64,000 nt of DNA, taken from NCBI GenBank assembly GCA_965153285.1, contig OZ229115.1. The stretch is one strand, 5' to 3'. The notes under the pieces were generated by a model. It did no database searches. It was given only the letters and a program-made list of their open reading frames with translations, and was not told the DNA's origin. The translations under genes were made by a program, and so were the position numbers. This document shows positions 38,601 through 49,287 of this stretch, one piece after another; positions within the stretch are counted from its first letter, which is position 1, and every line of letters starts with the position of its first letter. Source of the DNA: Podarcis tiliguerta. Lineage: Eukaryota.

Positions 38601-39089
38601 CCTGGGACTATTGGGAAAGAAGGAGTTGGCAACAGCAACCAGAACGGAACTTATACACCCACAACCATGATGAAAACCAAGAACAGTTTTATACTATAAA
38701 GATCTAAGCCCATCGTACCTTGCTAACATATTGGCTGATGTTGCATAGAGGAAGAAGGGTTACAAAAGACCTGCCACTAGAGCAACTTGCAAAAAAACAG
38801 CACCCAGAATAACTGAGCCAAGAAATCTGAAACTTATTTAAAATTCTGAAACAGATGTGAAATGTAATGTTTATTTTAAATTATAAGTTAGTTCCAGATG
38901 AACCCAAAGATTTAACTGTTAATGTGGACAGGAAGCAGGTCCCAAATTTGATAACATCAGGATGTTCAATTGGATATGGAATATATTTTTACCTTGCCAT
39001 CCGCAGAAGTGGTACAACTTCTTAAAAATATGCTCAGACATCCTATTTAACCACCTATCCCAAATGAAGGCTTCTAGACTATACCCAGG

Positions 39090-39305
39090 GAACCTGGCAC
39101 TGTCGTTGGGTACCTTTAGGAGCCAGGCAAAAGCATTCCTGTTCTCCCAGGCCTTTGGGCAATTGAACAATCTGCAGCTTTTTAAACTGTGTCTGTTGGG
39201 GCGGCAGTGGGGAGGTACTGTTTGTTACTAAGGTATGTATTTTTGTGTTTTTATATTGTAAACTGCCCTGTGGTTCTCAGATAAATGGCAGTATAGAAAT
39301 GTAGG
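39090..39305 (+). mobile_element. L2-like 3' end fragment
   Basis: tttaggagccaggcaaaagcattcctgttctcccaggccttt...tgtaaactgccctgtg...ggcagtatagaaat. Confidence 0.6.
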
Positions 39306-40881
39306 TAGTAAGTTAAAATACCAGCAGCATAACTGTTCTATTAATAAATTGTTTGCATATATATGGTGAGCAATTTTTGAAGACTGTAGTGCATTATGTT
39401 ATTCTACCATATATGGGTTGGATCCAAAATCTTTGCTCTTTGAATAGAAGGGCCCTTTGATGAGCAGTGGGGGATTTCCATTCATGGAGCAAAGACTGGA
39501 TCTGACCCTATGTTCCCTAAGGAACACTTCTTTCATAGATCATTTTCAGAAATGCAGCCTGTAATGACTTGGGAGAAAATCTGCTATTTGTTATCAGATA
39601 ACAAAATGTCTCTTACACATAAAGTATGTTTGTGTTCGCTAGAAGAAGATAGGGGTGTGGAGGGGGGGCGGGACCAGCAACATGCAAAGCTTTGATCTAG
39701 AGCCATTTATTTTAACATATCATGTAGCCAAAGATAAATTAATTATCTTAGAGTATACCTTATTTCCTGTGGAACAGTGTTTATTTCATAAATCTTTTAA
39801 ATTGTGGTAATTATGATTTTTGAACAAATAATCTTGCTGAGACTAAGCATGTCTGGGTCAGTGATTGGATGAGTAACCACACAAATCTTGGGTCTCATGG
39901 TGGGAAAAAAAGGCATAATACAAATGGAAGAACATAAATAAATGGATAAATGATAAATACTAGAGTAGCATCCTCCTGACACATGTTTCTTGATCCAATG
40001 AAGGCTTCCATCTCCACAATGTGAGAGAGGCATTCTCCCTATGTGCACCCAAATTCTGTTCCAGAGGGTTGGGAAAACCTTTCTGGAACAGAGTTAGAAG
40101 TGACATGAAGGGCTGCAGGCAGGAGGGAGACTTGGCAGAACTATAACAAAACAACCCCAAATAGACAAAATAGCCTTCTGATAGAGCAAGGGACGCCCTT
40201 CCACTCTGACTAAAAGTTCAGCAATATGCAGGATGTGCCTGCTGAAATCTCAGAACTCATAAGGTGAAGGAAAAGATCGATTTGAAAGGAATAAAGATGC
40301 AAAACCTTAATGCTAAGAGAGAGAGAACGGGAAGAAAAAGAATCACGTATCAGAAATCCAGAAGGACTATACATATAATATGTGTGTGGCTCCTGTGTCA
40401 CAGTTCAGAAAACAGAATGGTTATTACCTATTTATTAAATACTTATGTAGATTTATTAATACAAATGTATTAAGTTATTGATTAAATTTATTAAATAAGA
40501 ATGCAGTTAGCTTGAGTAGAAAAATCACTGTATGCAATTTATTTAAAACATTTCTATACTTTAATTCAAAATGTCCAGGGCATTTTCTAGTAACTTAAGA
40601 AAGAAACATCACACACGCACACACTAAAAGGCAGTCCTACTTATGCATTTTGATTCTGTCCTGCCTTTTATTTCACTTATATTTCCTACTGTTTCCAAGA
40701 GGAAACTCAAGGCAATGTCCACAGGGTTGACTGGAGGTCTCTCATCTAGGAGCAAACAAGACTTAGACCAGCTTTAGCTGCCTCCTGTGTTTTCAGATCA
40801 CAGTCCTGATTGTGCTTCAACGGGCTACTTGAATACTGTGCAGAACAAACCATACTTTAGCTTGACTATCTCCAAACTCAC

Positions 40882-40942
40882 CATGTCTGCTAATGAATCG
40901 TATGCAGCTCTCTACCACCAGGGGAATTGCTTGGCTGGAATC
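40882..40942 (-). CDS. SRGAP2: SRGAP2 coding exon, start of RhoGAP domain
   Basis: ttgttcag|GAT...CAT G|gtgagt; 61 nt, phase 0/1; DSSQAIPLVVESCIRFISRH. Confidence 0.97.
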
Positions 40943-42060
40943 CTGAACAACAAAAGGAGAAATATGCAATGAAAAGAATATTCAAATGATAGTGCAGCTT
41001 TAAAAAAAATGATACAGTTCCGAAATGAACATTCTTCGGAAAAGGCTACAGGTGGAGGGATACTTCCCATCACAAAATTCCTACACGGGAGACACTGTGC
41101 AATATATGCTTTCTTTGTGTATCCACACACTGGGGGGAGTCATTAATAGCTATTGGATTTTCTGTATTTTAACTGCCAGAACACACTCAGTCTCTCGCGC
41201 TCTCTCTCTCAAAGAAAGTCTAGGTTAAACCTGGAGTTGGAATTTATTCACCCTCATAGAGAATGCTTAAACAGGGATTACTGCCATCATTCAGTGTTGT
41301 GGTTATATTGAAGGTGATAATTCCCTGCTGTTTCAGCTATCTTTTCATTATAGTACCTTGGTCTGCAATCCCCAGCATGGCTAGGGAGGACTGTGTGTAT
41401 GTGGAAGGGGGCAGGAGGGCAGCAATGGAAATCTCTGCACCAACCTTTGAATGGGCTCCAATCAGGCCCCATAGTGCTGTGGTGGCAGTGGGGCTGGTTG
41501 GGCATCTAGGGGATGCCAGGATGGCTCAGATATTCCTCCTCCCCCAGAATGCACCATTTTGAGGTTTTCCTTCAGCAGGCAGAAGGGGGAGCTCGCTATG
41601 GGGTGGAGGGATGCTGGGAGGAGCAGAGACAGGTAGGGTTTGACAAACGCTCCTGTGTCTAGCCCAAGCTACTCCTCCACTCGCAAAGGGAGATTTGAAG
41701 CATTTGGTGTGACTTGACAGAAAACAAACACCGGTGAATCCAATGAGAGACCTTAGAAGTTCTACAGAGTATTTTTCAAGTGTGTAAACAGAACAACACA
41801 GCCTCCAGAAATTAAGTGTTTCAGGTATTCAAAGGTTGAGCTTTGCAAGAGAAAAACACGTAGATGGCAGGAAACAACCCCCCCCACCCCAAAATAAGGG
41901 CATTTACAAAATAAAAGAGCCTCTAATTTGTATAGCTTGGAAGGGTGAGGCAAGTATACAAATCACGGCAAGCCTTTCCGCCATTTCCCAACCATGTGCG
42001 TTATGTAAACAAAAATAAATAAAATCAAAGGCCTTACAAATCCTTTCATTCTACTCCAAA

Positions 42061-42108
42061 AAGAAGAAGAAGAAGAAGAAGAAGAAGAAGAAGAAGAAGA
42101 AGAAGAAG
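42061..42108 (+). repeat. (AAG)16 microsatellite
   Basis: Directly visible. Confidence 0.95.
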
Positions 42109-43163
42109 GCGGCTTCATGGTACAGGAGGATAAAAGCAAACATTTGCATGCAACAAGGAATTGGATTTACAATGAGAAAAAGCTTATTGGAATTTTTACA
42201 TATCTTATTTGGAACATGTTATGCCAAAATATTTTGTCTTTAATTTCTTCAGTGGCAAAGGTATCATCAGTAATAGACTCATGGAGCTGGTTATCCTGAT
42301 ATAGAATTGACTTCAAAATAGAAACAGACTACTTTATGGAGAAATTAACTTAAAATTCCTGTATGCTTCAAGTTATTAACAATTTAAAAAACCAACTACT
42401 ACAAGAACAAGTGAAGCCTCAAATCAAAACTGCCCTAGAAAAAGATATCAGGTCCTCCTTGTCCCATGGCAATATGATCTAGCTTCTTTATTATTGTGCC
42501 CAAATTATAATGCTGTAAATCATCCACAGGGACAAAAAATATATATTGGATTTTCTCTTATTAGTGGAGCACATGTGCACATTTAACAAAATCCTATCTA
42601 GCAAAACAGAAGAGGAAGGCAAGCTGAGCGGCCAAGAACCCTAGTAAAAAATTACAGTAGACAGAAGCAATAAGCTGAGTAGCATAAATGTGAGTATATA
42701 GGAGAATTATGATACACTGCTTATACTGGCTAGAGCCATTAGAGGGCAATAGCTTCAAACTCAGAGGCCCCAGACAGTAGAGGATAAGGGGAGAGAACAC
42801 ACACACAAGGGGGGGGGCATAAAAGTTTTCATCTACACGAAACAGTTCACACTGCTGTGTTACATCCAAGTGAGTCAAGTATAAATGCCAAGCCTACAAC
42901 AAAGTATACTAAAATATCATTAAGAGATGCTCTTGCCCAGGACCCTTTAGCCTGCCAAGGCCCCTCTCCCTCTCTGTGTCCCTGGAGTTCCAATGTCAGG
43001 TGCAACAGCTTAGGACCACAGAGCAGCCCTATCTATTGACTCACTGACTATGCACTCAGTTATCTGAATTGTCTCAAGATGACCTGCCCACTCCAGAGCT
43101 TCACCTGGACAATTCAAAAGCAATTGCTTTGTTTTGCTTACACTGTTTTTGTTTTGCTTACAG

Positions 43164-43379
43164 CAGGGGTGTCCAAACTTTTTTGAAAGAGGGCCAGATT
43201 TGATGAAGTGAACATGTGTGAGGGCCGACCAAAGTTGTTGACCTTTTTTTAATAATTTCCCCCCAAAGTTGTGGAGCTTTTTTTAGGATTTTACCCCAGG
43301 AAATAAACTGACACAGGGGCCAGACTGAACTGGCCGGTGAGCCGGATTAGGCCCCCGAAACGGACTTTGGACATGCCTG
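43164..43379. mobile_element. hAT-like MITE
   Basis: TIRs CAGGGGTGTCCAAA / TTTGGACATGCCTG; gggcc-rich subterminal motifs; TSD not clean. Confidence 0.75.
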
Positions 43380-43996
43380 TTTTACGCAGTCTCTGTTCCC
43401 TCCCTCCCTCCCAAGCAAATAGATCAGAGCAGAGTCTCTTACTAAGATCTATCTTCCCCTAGCATTCAGCTCAGCAAATCTATAAGACATAGTATCATCT
43501 AGAGAAAAAGGAGGGAGAAGAGGAAAAAGCAAGAGTTGAAGACAATTAAATATTCTCCATCAAGTATAGGCTTGAGGTTTGGAGGCCCTTCTATGTCAGA
43601 TTGAAGCAGCTTGCTGTTGTATACTGTGGACATAATCACTCCCCAAAAGGGTTCAGTGTGGCTGCTAGTAATGACTAGGTCTGAGGCGTCTCTGAATAGA
43701 GAAGTGTTCATTTGGAGCTTCATAAGCTTAGTGATTTATCAAACACAAAACTAATATTGGTTTAGGTTTTTTCCTTGAAACAACAATCCATTATGCAGAT
43801 TCTTTTGGGTAAGGAGGAGATTATGCATTCCCTCCTTTGAGGACTGCACTTGCCGGCTGTCTTGGTTTGGCCAAGGTAATTTGGGTTGGTCCCATCATTT
43901 CCCCCGCTATGAAATATTGGTGGCAAGAAATAACATCTGGCAATCATATAAATGGCATCAATTAATCTTTCTGTAATTGTATGAAGTCTTTATTAC

Positions 43997-44021
43997 CTGC
44001 TTCCTTATGGTAGAACTGCGT
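43997..44021 (-). CDS. SRGAP2: SRGAP2 25-nt microexon (exon 12 equivalent)
   Basis: caacagcag|ACGCAGTTCTACCATAAGGAAGCAG|gtaata; phase 2/0; (R)RSSTIRKQ. Confidence 0.93.
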
Positions 44022-45425
44022 CTGCTGTTGATCCCAAAGTCAAGACGAGCCATGATTGATCAAGGAGCAAGAAGAGGAAAAGAAAGCAAAGGCATATGTC
44101 AACATAATCACTTACAATCCAAATGCCACCTCACTTGGTATATAAATGGTTCTTCCTGGGGGTGGAGAGGAGGCAGAAAACCCCCCACTCATTTACTCCT
44201 GACTTTCAGAAACATTAAGTGGTCTAAAATAAAAGCCCAAAATGGACGCAGCAAAGCTTATTGCTAACATAAGGCTATACTTAACCTTTTACTTCCAACT
44301 GCAGAGAAACCCATTATAAACCTCCATCATTCTTGTGTCAGTTAGTGATAATTTACAGTCAGCACCACACTAAGGCAGGTGAGTTCTGCTGAGTGATTTA
44401 GAACCACAATGGGGAGGGAAAAACACAAATTTGTTTCTCTTGTGGAGATTAATATAAACCCATTAATGTTTCTTTATTAAAACAAGTGCCCAAGAAAAGG
44501 AAAGTGACAGACAAATTAAACCACACTGAAATGACAAGCTATGTTACAAATGGCCTCGTGATTACTGTTTGTGTTCTCGGATGTTAGTGTATGATCCAAA
44601 GAGGAAGGAATGGCCTTTTATGTTTTTGTTTTTTGCTAAGCCTTTTCCACTAGGGAGGAAAGGAAACGAGAACCTTTTGTATCATTTCTCTGTAGACAGT
44701 TCTTGTCCTGACTGCATTTCATTTGAGGGCAGAAGCACTTAAATTCTTTGTTAAGTGCAAGGAACTATACTACCAGACGGAGCTGATAGCTAAGCAGCAT
44801 ACATATACCATTGCTATAAATAGTATGGGAGTAGCCTTACAAAAGAGTAAATAAGTTGTGTGATGTGCAGCCACCCATTCTGACCACATCCAATGTGAGC
44901 TGAGGATGTTGCCTGGATAGAAAGCAATAACAGACTTTCCAGGCTGTGAATTTCTGAGGAGAAGCAGGAAGGGTACCTAGACGGTATATGCTTGGTACCA
45001 ACAGAAGGACTAAGAATCCTTCTCTGGAGTCCTGAAGGTCAATGGAAGTTCAGCTAGTCCTTTGTAATTCCCTTATTTAAGGATTTTTGCAAGTTCCATC
45101 TATGGAACTCAGGTACTTACTCAGCCATGTGAGTGGCTCATCCTGAGAATGTGTGAAGCTACATTTGGTGTGACTGTCTCACAGCGTTTTCTCTAACTTC
45201 TGTTGTGCCTGCTTTCATTGTATAGAGGAACGCAGAAAGCTACCTTATATCTGTTGGAAGCCACCCAGAGTGTCTGGGGCAACCCAGTCAATGAGAAAAG
45301 TACATAGAAGGAGGAGGAGGAGGAGAAGAAGAATAATCCAATCGAGCTCAGTATTGTTTACAACACTGAGCAACAGTGGCTGTCTAGAGTTTCAGGCCAG
45401 AGATTGAACCTGAAATCTTATAGAA

Positions 45426-45473
45426 GGGTCACAAAGTGTCGTACACGACTAAACGACTAAACAACAACAACAA
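45426..45473 (+). mobile_element. BovB extreme 3' tip
   Basis: gggtcacaaagtgtcgtacacgactaaacgactaaac + (AAC)n. Confidence 0.8.
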
Positions 45474-45498
45474 TGCCCTTCTATTTGCTTCTCATATA

Positions 45499-45738
45499 CA
45501 GTCGTACCTTGGCTTTCAAACAGCTTAGTTCTTGTACGTTTTGGCTCCCAAATGCCTCAAACATGGAAATGACTGTCCGGTTTACAAACTATTTTTGGAA
45601 GCCAAATGTCTGAAGCAATTTCCGATTGGCTGCAGGAGCTTCCGGCAGCCAATTAGGCGCCACGCTTTGGTTTCTGAACGTTTTGGAAGTTGAATGGACT
45701 TCCAGAACAGATTCTGTTCAAATTCCAAGGTATGACTG
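45499..45738. mobile_element. Tc1/mariner (Tigger-like) MITE
   Basis: TA|CAGTCGTACCTTGG...CCAAGGTATGACTG|TA; internal palindrome attggctgcaggagcttccggcagccaat. Confidence 0.88.
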
Positions 45739-47536
45739 TAGTAGTTTTAGGGATGTTAAAACAAAACAAAACAAAACAAAACAAAAAAACCTGCCAAAGG
45801 GCAGCAGTCCACTGCATAGGAGTGGGATTTCATATTATCATACCACACAAGTTGATAGAAGCTTCTACTCCAGTGGAAAGTGTAAATATCCGCTTAAGAT
45901 ATGGACAGATCCATGCATTAACAAAATCTGTTGTGGCTCAAGAGAATGTGAGGTGGTAAATGCAGAGCACAATGGCAATGCTCTAGTGAATAGGTGGCCA
46001 TGAGAGTGCTATTCAGATGTTCTGAACTACAACGTCCACCATTCTTAACCACTGGATGTTCTCGCTCAGAAATGGAATCCACAACATCTGGAGGGCTACC
46101 TTGCCCAACCTTTATTGATCTTATGTCGAAAAAACTGTCTTCAAGTATCTCTGATTCAGCTCATCCACCTGTTATGTGGGAGCACTTCTCTTTACCCTTG
46201 AAAAGATGTTTCAAATCAGCTCTAATAGCCTTGATCCATTTGTCTTCTCTCCAGCTTTGCTTCTGATTCAGCCATTTCTGTTCTGCCAAATGAATTGCAG
46301 AAGATACAAACTACTGAAAAGTCCCTGGATCATGAAACCAAACTCCCCGCCAGGACAGATGGTTGCTGAGTCTGTGAGGAAAGCAATCTTACTTGCACAC
46401 TTAAGAACCATAATGGCACTTTTAATATTGAGGTATTCTGATGAAAAAGAAAGGATGACCAAGCTGCAGGGATGATGTCGGGGGCAGGCGGTGGGGGGGG
46501 GGGAGAGAGATTAATGTCACAGGAATGTAATATATTTTAAATTATCAACCCTAAATGATTCCCCAATATTTAATGTTGTTCTGCAATGAATAATATTTTA
46601 TTATTACAGCTGTCAGACCCTAATTAGGACCTGTCAGCTCTGCTTTACTATGAGAAATGCAAAATGAAGTAATGGCTCCAGATATGGAATAATCACTCTC
46701 CCTTTGTTAGAAAGGCTCATGTATACGCTCACACTCTCTCCACATGTACATGCCTTCTAAGCCAATACAGAAAGGCAATTTGGAGATCTGCAATGTTTCA
46801 AAGAAGGCCTCATCAAAAGTCATATTTTTCTATTATTATTTCCACATATACGGTGACATTTATGATAGCATGATGGATGCCGGGCCCAGTTATAACAAAA
46901 CGTTTATTTTCTCCACTGCTGCAATCCAATTCCATGTCAGACCAGATGAGGTCAATAGGCCAAAGTGAAAGAAAACCCCTTCTATGAGTGATCCCTCCCC
47001 ATCCCTATTAAACAATCAAAAGCTCTTCAGGTATTTATTTCAGGGCTTTTTATCCCCCATGACAAGAGGAGTTCCAGCAGAGCACAATGTCTTCCCTAGC
47101 CTGGAAAAATGGAAGGTGTTTAGACCAGGAAAAAAAGAAGAAAATAGAAGACAGCATATTAACTAATTGGCACACCCTTTCCCTCTCCTAAGCAAGTTTG
47201 TCAGGGTGGAACTATACGTCATGCTCAGCAAAAGCCAAACCCTCTCCTCGTGTCATTGAAATATGTTGTCTCCCAGTTTCATTAGGCATCAAGGATGATC
47301 TCACAATGTGTGAGATTTGCCTAAACTTTATGGGGCTGGGAGGACAACTTGATGTGAGTTTCCACTTTTGGTGGCATCCCCATTGTTGTTTAGTGATAGG
47401 AGTGAGCCAGCAGTAAATCACACTGAGCATGTGGAGTCAACTCCTTAATAGCAAAAACAAGATCTGCACAGGAATGTCAGGCCTAATGAGCACAGCAACT
47501 CATCTCCAGTAGGTCTTGCCCCGATGAAGGAGTTGT

Positions 47537-47991
47537 TGTGACGGAAGGTCCCCACTTCCCCACAGCTGCGTAAGTCCTCTCCTCTCTAGGGCCTTCCCCA
47601 AGCAATCTGAGATCTCTTCTGTATGAAGCTTACTTATCCTCCTCCCTTTTCATTCCTCTCCTGGTTCTTGGAGACCAGGGGGGAGGGGAGCTCATCGCAG
47701 TAAGAGGGGGAGACACCCATGCTTCATCTCTGGTCTCATCTCTGTCCCTTGGCCTCCCTTCTCTCCTGCTTAAGCTTCTGCCTCTGGGTCTAGACTTCTT
47801 TGCCACTGACTCTCCCAGCTCACTAAACCCTGTTAGCTTCTGACACCTCCTCCTCCCAGTTTTCTCCCTCTTCTCCTTCTGACCACTCATCGTCATCCCA
47901 CCATCCATCCCCAGGCTCTGTGCCTTTTTCCCCTGGTGGTTCCCCACCAGGTTCCTCCCACCATTCCTCTGTGTCCAACCTGTTCCTGACA
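47537..47991 (-). mobile_element. Putative solo LTR (Gypsy-like termini)
   Basis: Minus strand begins TGTCAGGAA and ends TTCCGTCACA; strongly purine-skewed interior; no TSD seen. Confidence 0.45.
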
Positions 47992-48568
47992 TCTAGTATC
48001 TATTTCTGCCCTTAGACCCAAGTTAGACAGCACAACCCATGTGTTAGAATTCTCGGTAATTTATATCAATTTATCCAAATTGCCCCAGGTAAACACAGTC
48101 GTAACAACTCTACTTAAATAGCATGCCTATAGCATATCTTATTTGGGGTCCGTTCACACTTAATGCTAAGCCATGGTTTGAATGCAATCGCCACCATCCT
48201 GGTGTCTTCTGAATGTTTTAAACTATAACATCCAATACACTTCGCCAGCAAGCTTTGAAAACTGGGGATTATGGTGAGAGTTGCAGCTGAAAATATGTGG
48301 AGGGCACCAGGTTAGCAAAGACTAGCTTAGTGATATGCGCTCAAGCTCGAATGAGGCCAAGGGAAGGCTTGTGGTCTCCCCACTCCCCTCTCCTCTCCCC
48401 TCCCTTCTGTGCAGTCAGGGGAAAGGAATTCTGAAACATTCATTTTCTGTTTCCATGAATGGTGACTTGTTACGTACGAACCAAAGACAGTGGATTAAAA
48501 CAGTCTGGTAAGTTTCAAAATAAGCCAGTTTCAAGCTAGTTTGTTTTAACTAACCAGAGTTTTAACTA

Positions 48569-48827
48569 CCGTATTTTTTGCTCTATAAGACTCACTTTTT
48601 CCCTCCTAAAAAGTAAGGGGAAATGTGTGTGCGTCTTATGGAGTGAATGCAGGCTGCGCAGCTATCACAGAAGCCAGAACAGCAAGAGGGATTGCTGCTT
48701 TCACTGTGCAGCGATCCCGCTTGCTGTTCTGGCTTCTGAGATTCAGAATATTTTTTTTCTTGTTTTCCTCCTCCCAAAACTAGGTGCATCTTGTGGTCTG
48801 GTGCGTCTTACAGAGTGAAAAATACGG
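48569..48827. mobile_element. Tc1/mariner-type MITE (CCGTATTT TIR), copy 2
   Basis: TA|CCGTATTTTTTGCTCTATAAGAC...GTCTTACAGAGTGAAAAATACGG|TA; same family and orientation as 20872-21131. Confidence 0.9.
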
Positions 48828-49259
48828 TAACTAGTGTCTGCAAACCACAACACCCAGTTCATACATAACAAGAAGCAAAGATTCATGGAAGCCCTTCCCC
48901 AACACCATACATGTCGTCTTGGGGTGGGGGTGAGGAGCATACAAGTCCAAGGTTCCATGGGCTCATTCTAGCTTATGCACATTGTGCTAAGCCACGGTTT
49001 AGCATTGCATGTGACTCAGTCCTTTCTTGTGTTGTGGCCGTTGTGTGGGAGGCTGCTTCAAAGGCTTTCATATGGAAGCTTACATTTCCAGAAGCTGCAT
49101 TTTTGTTTTTGTTTTTAGGAAAAAATACAAACATAAGAAATGCCATCAAAATGAGGAGTAGTTTGAAGGAGGATTGGCAAGTGCTTTGTTTGCAAGAAAA
49201 GGACTGTTTGGGTTAGTGGAAGATACTGAAACAACAAAGCTGCTTGGAACCACACCTAC

Positions 49260-49287
49260 CTGGCAAGAGAGCAGTCAGTCCTTTGAC
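49260..49287 (-). CDS. SRGAP2: SRGAP2 28-nt microexon (exon 11 equivalent)
   Basis: tctcttaacag|GTCAAAGGACTGACTGCTCTCTTGCCAG|gtaggt; phase 1/2; (S)QRTDCSLA(R). Confidence 0.95.

Noticed and set aside
44352-44384. Plus-strand tttacag|20 nt|gtgagt as an antisense microexon
   Set aside because: Isolated motif pair with no other linked antisense exons; expected by chance in 64 kb
48563-48833. Apparent 6-bp TSD TAACTA around MITE copy 2
   Set aside because: Explained by a TA duplication within a local TAAC micro-repeat; copy 1 has only TA
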